A stretch of DNA of 64,000 nt from a virus. Its lineage: Duplodnaviria; Caudoviricetes. Below, one piece after another: positions 37,963 to 46,044 of the stretch. The notes under the pieces were generated by a model. That model saw only the letters and a list, made by a program, of their open reading frames with translations, was not told where the DNA came from and did not search any database. The stretch is from the IMG/VR virus record IMGVR_UViG_3300033075_001896, positions 1-64,000 of that record; one strand, written 5' to 3'. Each line of letters begins with the position of its first letter. Within the stretch, counting starts at the first letter, position 1. The position numbers and the translations under genes are program-made.

Positions 37963-39635
37963 CCCTCCGCGCCGCCCTCTACGCCCGCCGCTCCACCGAG
38001 GAGCACCAGCGCGAGTCGATCGCCACCCAGGTCGAGAACGCCACCGCCTACGCCCGCGCGAAGCGCTGGACGATCACCCACACCTTCACTGACGAGGGCG
38101 TGAGCGGGGCGGAGTTCGTGCGCCGACCGGGGCTCGCGGCGCTCCTCGCGGCGTGCGCCGAGCGTGAGGTCGACGCGGTGATCGTGCGCGACCTCGACCG
38201 CATCGGCCGCGACACGCTCGAAGTGCCCGTGATCGTGCGGCGCCTCGGGGAGCAGGGCGTCGCGGTCTGGTGCTACGCGACCGACGCGCAGGTGCGCGCC
38301 GACGACCCCCTCTCCGCGTTCATCGCGGCGGCCACGTCCTTCGCGCGCGACATGGAGCGGCACGCGCTCGTCTCGCGCATCAAGGAGTCGCTCCGGCGCA
38401 AGGCCAAGAACGGCCTCGTCGCGGGCGGCGACGTGTACGGCTACGGCCGCGACCGGCGGCCCGACGGCGTGCACTACGTGATCGACGAGGCCGAGGCCGA
38501 GGTCGTCCGCGACATCTTCGAGCGCCGCGCGCAGGGCGAGGGGCTCCGCACGATCCTCCGCGCGCTCAACGCCCGACGCGTCCCCTCGCCGCGCGCGGGG
38601 AGCCGCGGCACCGGGTCGTGGTCGGTGAGCGTCCTGCAGGGCATGCTCTCGAACGAGCGCTACCGCGGCGTGCTCGTCTGGGGGCGCACCGGGGCGGAGT
38701 ACGCGGGCCGCACGCGGAAGACCGTCGTGCGCGACGAGAGCCAGGTGGTGCGCGTCGAGCGCGAGGACCTTCGGATCGTGTCCGATGAGCTCTGGCACCG
38801 CGCGCAGGCCCGCACCGACAAGGACCTCGTGAAGCGCGGGCTCACGGTCGCGCACGGCAAGCCAAAATTCCTCCTGGCCGGGCTCGCGCGGTGCGCCGTC
38901 TGCGGCGGGCCGATCCGCGCCCTGCACCGCCGCCGCAACAAGACCACGATCCGCGTGTACGGGTGCGCGTGGCGCGACGAGCGCGGCCCGGCCGTGTGCA
39001 CCAACTCCACGCGCCGCCCCGTCGAGGCGTGCGAGGACGCAATCCTCCAGTGGTTCCGAAACCACGTGCTCGACGACACGGCCGTCGCGTACGTGCTCCA
39101 CCGCGCGCAGGCGCTCCTCGCCGAGGAGCGCACGAAGGTCGGCGACGACCCCACGCTCGCGCTCGCCGCCGAGCTCGCCGAGGTCGAGCGCGAGGTCGCG
39201 CGTCTGACGCAGGCGGTGGTCGCGGGCGCGGGCTCCGTGCAGGCGGTCGTGGAGGCCCTCACCGCGCGCGACCGGCGGGCGAAGGAGCTGCGCGCCGAGA
39301 TCGCCCGCGTCCGCGCCGAGAACGCGGAGCCGTTGCCCGAGTGGCCCGAGGCCCTCGACGACCTCCGCGCGCGGCTCGCGTCGCTGCGGGAGGAGTTCCG
39401 CAAGGGGGTGGACGAGGCGCGCGAGGTGCTCCGACGGTTCCTCGTCGGCCCGATCCTCTTCGCGCCCGTGGTGTTCGGGCCCCGTCACCACCGTTTCCAG
39501 ATCACCGGAAAGGCCCTCGGTGGGAGGGGATTGTTGGCGTCCCTAGATGGGACCGAACAATCACCTTCCACTGCGAGAGGCCCCCTCCCTACCAGAGCGG
39601 TCGACGAGACTCAAGCGTTTCTTACGGCGGCGTAG
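37959..39635 (+). CDS. Large serine recombinase (integrase)
   Basis: ALYARRST catalytic motif, DEGVSG, DLDRIGR, YGY, recombinase domain, LLAGLARCAVCG zinc ribbon, coiled coil. Confidence 0.95.
   Translation: MTLRAALYARRSTEEHQRESIATQVENATAYARAKRWTITHTFTDEGVSGAEFVRRPGLAALLAACAEREVDAVIVRDLDRIGRDTLEVPVIVRRLGEQGVAVWCYATDAQVRADDPLSAFIAAATSFARDMERHALVSRIKESLRRKAKNGLVAGGDVYGYGRDRRPDGVHYVIDEAEAEVVRDIFERRAQGEGLRTILRALNARRVPSPRAGSRGTGSWSVSVLQGMLSNERYRGVLVWGRTGAEYAGRTRKTVVRDESQVVRVEREDLRIVSDELWHRAQARTDKDLVKRGLTVAHGKPKFLLAGLARCAVCGGPIRALHRRRNKTTIRVYGCAWRDERGPAVCTNSTRRPVEACEDAILQWFRNHVLDDTAVAYVLHRAQALLAEERTKVGDDPTLALAAELAEVEREVARLTQAVVAGAGSVQAVVEALTARDRRAKELRAEIARVRAENAEPLPEWPEALDDLRARLASLREEFRKGVDEAREVLRRFLVGPILFAPVVFGPRHHRFQITGKALGGRGLLASLDGTEQSPSTARGPLPTRAVDETQAFLTAA
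39531..39560. other. Putative attP inside the 3' end of the integrase
   Basis: Imperfect inverted repeat TTGTTGGCGTCCC-TAGAT-GGGACCGAACAA; TGGCGTCCC resembles the reverse complement of a tRNA 3' end. Confidence 0.55.
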
Positions 39636-39669
39636 GGGTGCTGGCACTCGGGCTGCACATCCGTGCAGC

Positions 39670-40101
39670 ATGCGTAAGTCGCACCTGCCGCGGAAGGGGC
39701 CGCGGCGTCCCGAACCCCGTCGCCCCGCTCGACCCGACCCGTCGCGCCCGAAGTGGGTCCGCAACCGCGACGCGCCGACGACCGTCCTCGTCACGAAGCA
39801 CGCGATGGACCGCTACCGGCTGCGCTTCGCGCACGCGATGGACGCGCGCTCGGACGGGGAGATCGAGGCGCACCTCCGCGCGCTCCTGGCCGACTCGGAC
39901 GCGATCGGCGAGCGCGACGACCAGGGGGTCCTCTGCGCGCTCCATCGGCCGCGCGCGGAGATCGACGTGCTGCTGGTCTTGAAGCCCGATCAGGCACCCG
40001 GGGCGCCGCAAGGGCGTCGGGTGCTCGTGACGGTCATCTGGCCGCCGAAGCGCGCGACGAGCACGCACGGCCCGACCCCCTACACGCCGCCCGCGGCGTA
40101 A
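39670..40101 (+). CDS. Hypothetical protein, possibly RelE/DUF4258-like fold
   Basis: VTKHAMDRYRLR...VLVTVI pattern. Confidence 0.45.
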   Translation: MRKSHLPRKGPRRPEPRRPARPDPSRPKWVRNRDAPTTVLVTKHAMDRYRLRFAHAMDARSDGEIEAHLRALLADSDAIGERDDQGVLCALHRPRAEIDVLLVLKPDQAPGAPQGRRVLVTVIWPPKRATSTHGPTPYTPPAA

Positions 40102-40116
40102 GATCCCCGGAGACCC

Positions 40117-40422
40117 ATGAACCTCCATGACCCCGTTCTCAACACATACGACCTCGTGGATCGTCTGGTGAAGGTCCTCGGACTCGATGCGGATCGGGCC
40201 GCCGCGGTCGAGCGGCAGGTGCGCGCGCACTCCGAGGCGCACCGTACGTGGACCTTCCTGTGGGCGGTCGCAGAGCCGCCGCGCCCCCTCCCGTTGCAGG
40301 CGTGGATGGACGCCGCGCCGGAAACGCAAGTGTCGCGCACCGCGGTGCTCTCGTTTGAACGGGGACAGCTCGTGTCGATCGCGGCCTTCGACGGCCTGCC
40401 GGTGTGGTCGGCTACGGCGTGA
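40117..40422 (+). CDS. Hypothetical protein
   Basis: GGAG RBS; last gene of the rightward operon. Confidence 0.5.
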   Translation: MNLHDPVLNTYDLVDRLVKVLGLDADRAAAVERQVRAHSEAHRTWTFLWAVAEPPRPLPLQAWMDAAPETQVSRTAVLSFERGQLVSIAAFDGLPVWSATA

Positions 40423-41437
40423 CGAGGTGGATTCCCATCGCGCAGGCGGTGTCCTCACCCGCCCATCCATCGACGGCGATCTTCGCGTTCTCGGGCGCGG
40501 TGGCGTTGTAGCTCCGCTGCCACGCGCGCACGGCCTCGCGCGCGTCCACCCCCGGCCCCGCGTGCCCCTCGCGGAGGAGAATCTGCACGATCTTCACCGC
40601 GGCGAGCGTCACCGCGTCGGGCCACGGGTCGCACCAGAGGATGAGCGGCGCGTTCGGCCGCACGCAGCGATCGAGGAGCGCGTGCACCTGTTCGTGCAGC
40701 TTCCACCGATACGCCTGGAGCGTGACGTAGAGCGGACGGTCGAGGCCCTCGGCGGCGAGCGCCGGGGTGATGTTCGCCCACTCCTTGTCCATGCGTTCGA
40801 ACGTCGGGCGGTAGAAGGCCCCCTGCGCGTTGTAGATGTACGCCTGCCGGAACCTGCCGAGGTCGCAGACGACCGCGAACTCGTCCACGGGAAAGCCCCG
40901 GAAGACGCCCCCGTGCTCGATCGGCCGCGCGGTGCGGCGCACGTCGCCGTGGGCCTCGATCGCGTACCAGGGCTGATCGCCCACCCGCGCGGACGGCGCG
41001 CGACGGCGCAGGGCCTCGCCGAGTTCGAGCGCCCCTTGCTCGTCCATGTCGTCGGCCGGGCCGAGGTCCGAGTCCCACTGCCCCTCGGCGTCGAGGAGCC
41101 CGAAGCGGCACTTGGGTGCGGCGAGCACCTGTCCGACGAGATCGCCCTTCGCGCGGGCCGAGAGGTCACGGCTGTCGAGCCCCCACGACGCCCCCGCGGG
41201 CACGCCGTAGGTGTCGGCCAGGGCTTCGAGCCGGGGCCACGCATCGCGGAGGTCCTCGCAGAAGCCGTGGAAGACCACGCCGCGGACGAGGCCCTGCGTG
41301 CGCAGGCCCGCGATCTCGCGGACGTAGCGCGCGAGCGTGTCGCGCCGGGCCTGGAGGGTGTTCCCGCGGATCGCGCCGCGGTAGATCTGGAGGTACACGC
41401 CCGGGTCGATCCCGGGCGCGGCGGTCGGCGTGGTCAT
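40412..41437 (-). CDS. Putative endolysin: glycoside-hydrolase-like barrel + C-terminal peptidoglycan-binding domain
   Basis: LLDAEGQW; AVRAWQ...IAVDGWAGEDT matches the PG-binding-1 VDGxxGxxT motif. Confidence 0.6.
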   Translation of the reverse strand: MTTPTAAPGIDPGVYLQIYRGAIRGNTLQARRDTLARYVREIAGLRTQGLVRGVVFHGFCEDLRDAWPRLEALADTYGVPAGASWGLDSRDLSARAKGDLVGQVLAAPKCRFGLLDAEGQWDSDLGPADDMDEQGALELGEALRRRAPSARVGDQPWYAIEAHGDVRRTARPIEHGGVFRGFPVDEFAVVCDLGRFRQAYIYNAQGAFYRPTFERMDKEWANITPALAAEGLDRPLYVTLQAYRWKLHEQVHALLDRCVRPNAPLILWCDPWPDAVTLAAVKIVQILLREGHAGPGVDAREAVRAWQRSYNATAPENAKIAVDGWAGEDTACAMGIHLVTP

Positions 41438-41613
41438 GGGCGCTCACCTCGGCGGAGGAAGGTCCCCTCGTTCGCCCGCAGCCGCGCGCAGGCGCACTGC
41501 GCCTCGGACGGGCACGTGCAGCGCGGGAGGAAGCCCGTCTGAAGGGGCTCCTCCCCGCGTCCGCGCAGCACCTCGGCCGGGGGCTTCGGAGGGGGTTGGC
41601 AGGGGTCACTCAT
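41434..41613 (-). CDS. Small Cys-containing protein (59 aa)
   Basis: Manual translation MSDPCQ...RCTCPSEAQCAC...; ATGA overlap; preceded by a TGAC-N14 element. Confidence 0.5.
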   Translation of the reverse strand: MSDPCQPPPKPPAEVLRGRGEEPLQTGFLPRCTCPSEAQCACARLRANEGTFLRRGERP

Positions 41614-41628
41614 GCCCCTTGCCGCGCG

Positions 41629-42399
41629 TCAACGCGGCGGCGGGACGGTGGGCGCCGCGACGCGCACGGCGCGGACGGCGTGGAGTTCGCCCGTCCAGAA
41701 GACGTGCGTCGCGTAGGCGTAGGGGAGCCACGCGCGGCCCTGATCGCCCCAGGTGCTCCCCCACGAGTTCTGGATTCGAAAGGCCTTTCGCGCGTCGGAG
41801 TAGCCCACGAGGCAGAGGGCGTGTCCGCCCACGTAGACGCCCGAGGGGAGCGGGACCGTCGCGTCCTCCCCGAGACGTTCGAACGACTCGTAGATCCGCG
41901 CCCCCATCACGACGGGGTGGCCCGACGCGAGCTCCCACCGGAGCGTGTCGAGGTCCCAATCCAGGGGCTCCCAGGTGAGGAGCCGCGCGCGGCCGCGGTC
42001 GCGCTCGAGCTTCGTGGGCGGCGGGCCGCGGAAGTCGAGGCTGTGCTCCGCGAAGGGCCAGAGCGTGTCGGGGGCGAAGCCCGCCGTCTCGGCGTGCGTG
42101 AGCACGTCGGCGAGCATCGCCCCGGCGTCGCGCTCGACCGTGCCCGCGCGCATCCGGCCGCCCCGGTAGAGGTCGAGCGGGGACGGGAACCACGACGCCG
42201 ACCCTTGGAAGAGGAGCCGGAGGTAGAGGGCCAGCGCGGCCGCGTGGCCGGTGCAGCTCCCGAGCGGGCCCTGGTCGGTCGCCGGGTGCAGGTGCGCGAG
42301 CTCGACGTGGGGCGCGAGCGCGAGGAGATCGGACGCGGAGGCGCGCGTGCGCGTCCCGCGGTGCCCTTCGGGGGGCGGTGTCCAGCCGAAAGCCCTCAT
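41629..42399 (-). CDS. Papain-like C1A cysteine peptidase
   Basis: DQGPLGSCTG, GGHALCLVGY, IQNSWGSTWGDQG. Confidence 0.92.
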   Translation of the reverse strand: MRAFGWTPPPEGHRGTRTRASASDLLALAPHVELAHLHPATDQGPLGSCTGHAAALALYLRLLFQGSASWFPSPLDLYRGGRMRAGTVERDAGAMLADVLTHAETAGFAPDTLWPFAEHSLDFRGPPPTKLERDRGRARLLTWEPLDWDLDTLRWELASGHPVVMGARIYESFERLGEDATVPLPSGVYVGGHALCLVGYSDARKAFRIQNSWGSTWGDQGRAWLPYAYATHVFWTGELHAVRAVRVAAPTVPPPR

Positions 42400-42479
42400 G
42401 GCGTCCCGCGGACCTTCCAACGCACGACGGCGAAGGCGAGCATAAGCGCGCCGAGGAGGATGAAGCCGAGGAGCATCAT
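42396..42479 (-). CDS. 27-aa single-TM peptide
   Basis: MMLLGFILLGALMLAFAVVRWKVRGTP; ATGA overlaps on both sides. Confidence 0.5.
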   Translation of the reverse strand: MMLLGFILLGALMLAFAVVRWKVRGTP

Positions 42480-43063
42480 CGGACGCCACCGTCGGGCGGG
42501 TGAAGGTGGTCGAGGTCGCGGCGCAGGATCACGCCGCGGGACGCGGCGCGCAGCTCCAGCTCGCGCAGTTCCGCGTTGGTCGCGCGGCCTTCGGAGCGCC
42601 ACCCGGCGTCCCCGTCGCACCCGGGCACGAGCGTATCGACCAGGGCGGCGACGGTGTCGGTCACGCGCTCGAGGACCCGACCGAGCGCCACCCCGTTGTC
42701 CGTGAGGGTCTGCGCGGCGACGACGAGCGCGGTGCGGACGCCCCCGACGGCCGCGTGCGCGGCGCATCGGTCGCCGCCCCGTTGCTCGTACGCATCGAGG
42801 GCGGTCTGGAGACCCTCGGCGGCCGTCGCGACGCCATCGAGGGCGCGGCCCACGACCGTCCGTGCAGGTTCGGGGAGGATCAGGTCGGTGATGGCGTGCG
42901 CGGCGGGCACGGCCCACGTCAGGGTCGTGAGCACCGTGCGCGCGGTGTCCGTCCAGCTCGACGGCGTGACGGCGGGCGTGTCGGGCGAGGGTGGGGGGAG
43001 GGGGCGGCACGCGCCGATGAGCGCGAGCACCAGGGCGAGGAGAAACAGTCGGAGGATCTTCAT
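42476..43063 (-). CDS. Lipoprotein (possible spanin-like lysis accessory)
   Basis: MKILRLFLLALVLALIGAC lipobox; helical body; lysis context. Confidence 0.6.
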   Translation of the reverse strand: MKILRLFLLALVLALIGACRPLPPPSPDTPAVTPSSWTDTARTVLTTLTWAVPAAHAITDLILPEPARTVVGRALDGVATAAEGLQTALDAYEQRGGDRCAAHAAVGGVRTALVVAAQTLTDNGVALGRVLERVTDTVAALVDTLVPGCDGDAGWRSEGRATNAELRELELRAASRGVILRRDLDHLHPPDGGVR

Positions 43064-43750
43064 GCCCCTCCGCGGGGTGTCATCCCCGCGGCGCGTTAGC
43101 AGGCTTCGAGGTAGCCGCCGCGCAGGAAGCCGTGGTAGTCGCCCGCGAGGATCGACCCCCCGCCCGCGCCGCAGGTGTGCCCGTTCTTGTCGACGGTGAT
43201 CGCGGGGACCGCGCCGTGCCGCACCCAACAGCGGTGCGCGTTGTCGTCGGGCATCGTGCAGTTCGCTGCGCGCGAGTCGATCGTCCAGTCGCGGCCGTTC
43301 GGCAGGCGCACCGTGAGGCAGTAGTCATCATCCCCGACGTGGAACGACCCCACGAGGCCGTGCAGCCACTCGGCGTCCCACATCGCGCCGATCGGCGCCT
43401 CCTTGAGCGTCGTCGGTTCGCCGCCGTCCGAGCGCGCGTAGAGCGCCTCCTCGCGCACCTGATAGGGGTCCGTCGGGGCGAAGGGCTGCTTGCACGCCTC
43501 GCAGTGCGTCGGGTAGCGCGGGTCGTCGTGGGGGTAGCGCTCGGCGTCGTCCGCGTCGCGCGGGGGGCGCCCGTTGAGCGCGACCGTCGCGACGCCCTTC
43601 GTCGTCGCGTCGCAGCCCCAGGCGCCCTTCACGGTGCAGGGGCGGGTGGAGGTCGGGGAGAAGCGCCGAAGGTCCACGCGGGCCTCGCCCGTCGGCGTGA
43701 GGAAGAAGCAGGGGACGCGTTCCATGCCCCTCCGCGGGGTGTCATCCCCG
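43061..43750. repeat. 28-bp exact direct repeat (43061-43088, 43723-43750) flanking one gene; each copy is a late TGAC element
   Basis: CATGCCCCTCCGCGGGGTGTCATCCCCG at both positions. Confidence 0.9.
43096..43725 (-). CDS. Conserved-looking Cys/His-rich phage protein
   Basis: HCEAC; W.IDSRAANC...HRCWVRHG...SILAGDYHGFLRGG. Confidence 0.65.
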   Translation of the reverse strand: MERVPCFFLTPTGEARVDLRRFSPTSTRPCTVKGAWGCDATTKGVATVALNGRPPRDADDAERYPHDDPRYPTHCEACKQPFAPTDPYQVREEALYARSDGGEPTTLKEAPIGAMWDAEWLHGLVGSFHVGDDDYCLTVRLPNGRDWTIDSRAANCTMPDDNAHRCWVRHGAVPAITVDKNGHTCGAGGGSILAGDYHGFLRGGYLEAC

Positions 43751-44524
43751 TAGGCGGTCGGCGAGCTCGGTGACGAGCGGGATGCCGCCGCCGACGCCGA
43801 GCACCGCGAGGTGCGAGAGCCCCCGCACGTCGAGCGCGTCGCCGAGGAGCGCGAACCCGACCATCGCCGCCGCGCCGCCCGCGGCCGTCACGGGCCGGGC
43901 CTTGGCCGCCTTGAGCGCGCCCTCGACCCCGAGGGCCATCACGGACAGCGCGACCACGACGGGCGTCGGGACGGTGTGGCCGCGGCTCTCGAAGTAGAGC
44001 GTCACGACGGTCGTCAGGATGGCGATGAGGCCGCGCAACATGCGGCGGCTGTGGAGGTCGGCGATCTCGACGCGCGGGTCGCGCGGGGCAGGCGACGTAC
44101 TCGCGTCGACGGCCGTCGCCACCAGGTCGGACTTCGGCGCGGGCGGCACCGCGCTCGTCGGCACGGCCGTCGTGCGACCCGGGCGCGCGAGGAGCTCGTG
44201 CACGAGGCTGCGCAGCACGGCGGGCTCGAAGGGCTTGGAGAGGTAGCGCCACCCGCGCTCCCCTGCGATGCGCTCCAGCTCCTTTCCGTCCGCGCCCGAG
44301 AAGAGGAGCACCGGGAGCTGCTGCGCGGTGAGCGCGTCGTGGAGGCGCTCGGTCGCGACGCCGAGCACGAGGTCGAGGAGCACCGCGTCCGGTCGGTCGG
44401 CGAGGATCGCGGCGAGCGCGTCGCCCACGTCGCGGGCCTCGGTGACGGCGTGCTCCGGGCGGAGCATCGCCGCGACGGCGGCGCGTACCGCGTCGTTGTC
44501 GTCGATGAGAAGGATCTTCGGCAT
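43742..44524 (-). CDS. Receiver (REC) domain fused to a C-terminal multi-TM domain
   Basis: KILLIDD, phospho-acceptor D51 (DAVLLD), S76, K97-P98; 3-4 hydrophobic segments after a Pro/Ala linker. Confidence 0.85.
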   Translation of the reverse strand: MPKILLIDDNDAVRAAVAAMLRPEHAVTEARDVGDALAAILADRPDAVLLDLVLGVATERLHDALTAQQLPVLLFSGADGKELERIAGERGWRYLSKPFEPAVLRSLVHELLARPGRTTAVPTSAVPPAPKSDLVATAVDASTSPAPRDPRVEIADLHSRRMLRGLIAILTTVVTLYFESRGHTVPTPVVVALSVMALGVEGALKAAKARPVTAAGGAAAMVGFALLGDALDVRGLSHLAVLGVGGGIPLVTELADRLRG

Positions 44525-44599
44525 GGTCGCTCGTCGGTGATCCCGCAGCGCGGGAGGGACCGTCCCGCAGTGGGGCGGCGTTCACCGCTCGACACGACG

Positions 44600-44842
44600 T
44601 CACCCCGGCGGCGGAGCGGGCGCGGGCTCGATCACCCAGGTGGGCGGGAGCGGATCGGGGGCGGGCGCGAACCCCGGCGCCCCGGGCGGAGCGGCTTCGC
44701 GCACCTCCACGAGCGGGTCTTCGGTGTCGCCGACCTCGCGCGGGGTGCGGTAGATCGTGGCGCCCTCCCCGCGAAGGGAGTGGAGCAGATAGTTGCGAAT
44801 GCCCCGGTGCGGCGAAGGGGGGATGCGACGGTAGACGGCCAT
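44600..44842 (-). CDS. Small Pro-rich hypothetical protein
   Basis: GGAGG RBS, follows the tail gene. Confidence 0.45.
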   Translation of the reverse strand: MAVYRRIPPSPHRGIRNYLLHSLRGEGATIYRTPREVGDTEDPLVEVREAAPPGAPGFAPAPDPLPPTWVIEPAPAPPPG

Positions 44843-44844
44843 GG

Positions 44845-46041
44845 TCAGACGCCTCCAGGGCGACCCGTGCGGATCGCGTGAATCGCCACGTCGAGATTCA
44901 CACCGGAGCCCGTCGTGAGCCCCACGATCACGCAGTACGTCCCGGCCGCGCAGCGCACGGCGTTCCGCGCCGCGGCGGCATACCCGAGCCCCGCGTGATC
45001 GATCGTGCTGTAGATCGGGACCCACTTCGTCGGGAGCGCACCCGACGTGCCCGTGTTGATGCCGTACTTCCACGACACGGCGTCGTGCGTGCGCGTGATG
45101 AGGAACCACAGCTCCCCGCCCGTGCGCACGGCGTCGGTGAGGGCGGCTACCGAGATGATCGCGAGGGAGCTGTACGCCCCCGCATCGACGTACGCGGGCT
45201 CCACCTGCCCGTTCGTCCAGAAGGCGAAGTTGCAGGTGTTCTCGTCGTCGCTCCCGATGTTGAACACGATGCGCGTGGCCGAACTGCCGTCCCCGTTGAG
45301 GACCTGCACGCGCACCGCGAGGAGGCATTCCTCGGGCGACGTGAAGAGGTCGGGGATCTCCGCGCCGCAGAAGCCCATCGCCGCGGGGTCGACGTCCAGC
45401 GTGAGCTTGCCATCCGCCCACGTCGCGGTCGCCCCGCCCGTGGCGGTGAGCGCCGCCCACCCGTCGCCCGTCATGTCCTCGCTGCGCAGGCCCGCGGTCG
45501 TGGGCGCCGCCGACTGCCACACGCTCCCGTCGTAGGTGAGCACGTGCCCCGCCGTGGGCGACGTGGGCGCCTTGATCGCGCCGAGCTCGGCGAGCACGTC
45601 ATCGGCGGTCGCGCCCATCGAGCGGAAGCGCCACGCCCCGTTCACCCGCTTCCAAAGCGTGCCCGACCCGGAGCCCGAGGACACGTACCACTGGTCGCCC
45701 TCGCGCACGGGCGAGAGGGCGTCGCGCTCGGCGAGCGTGCCCGAGAGGACGCGCGCCCGCGCCGCGTAGCTCGTGCCCGAACCCGTGGAGAGGAGCATCT
45801 GCCCCGCGGCCGTGGCCGACGGGAGCGTCGCGCCGCCCATCGAGCGCCACGTGCTCCCGTCCCAGAGCGTCACGGCCGGCGTGTCGGTCGCGTAGTGGAG
45901 CGAGGGCTGCGCGGGGGACGCGGGCCGCGACCCCGCCACGGTCGCGCCCGCCCACAGGACGGCCGTCTCGGGCTCGATGAGCGTCGGCGGCTGCGTCGGA
46001 TCGACGAGGCGGCGACGGCTCGTGCCGGGGGAGAGCTGCAT
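44845..46041 (-). CDS. Tail fibre/receptor-binding-like protein
   Basis: Fibre-type repeats (LHYATDT...WDGSTW, GHVLTYDGSVW), C-terminal beta-rich domain. Confidence 0.6.
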   Translation of the reverse strand: MQLSPGTSRRRLVDPTQPPTLIEPETAVLWAGATVAGSRPASPAQPSLHYATDTPAVTLWDGSTWRSMGGATLPSATAAGQMLLSTGSGTSYAARARVLSGTLAERDALSPVREGDQWYVSSGSGSGTLWKRVNGAWRFRSMGATADDVLAELGAIKAPTSPTAGHVLTYDGSVWQSAAPTTAGLRSEDMTGDGWAALTATGGATATWADGKLTLDVDPAAMGFCGAEIPDLFTSPEECLLAVRVQVLNGDGSSATRIVFNIGSDDENTCNFAFWTNGQVEPAYVDAGAYSSLAIISVAALTDAVRTGGELWFLITRTHDAVSWKYGINTGTSGALPTKWVPIYSTIDHAGLGYAAAARNAVRCAAGTYCVIVGLTTGSGVNLDVAIHAIRTGRPGGV

Positions 46042-46044
46042 CGG

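Noticed and set aside
22310-39491. Very long antisense or alternative-frame ORFs (e.g. 22310-25033, 28137-31400, 36672-39491)
   Set aside because: Arg/Ala/Pro-rich shadow ORFs expected at this GC content; they overlap well-supported genes on the other strand
39535-39558. tRNA gene
   Set aside because: Only a degenerate 3'-end-like fragment with no cloverleaf; treated as an att site
44585-44606. GGGGTGAC...CGAGCGG upstream of the REC-TM gene
   Set aside because: Purine box is imperfect and the start codon is ~75 nt away, so it was not counted as a motif copy
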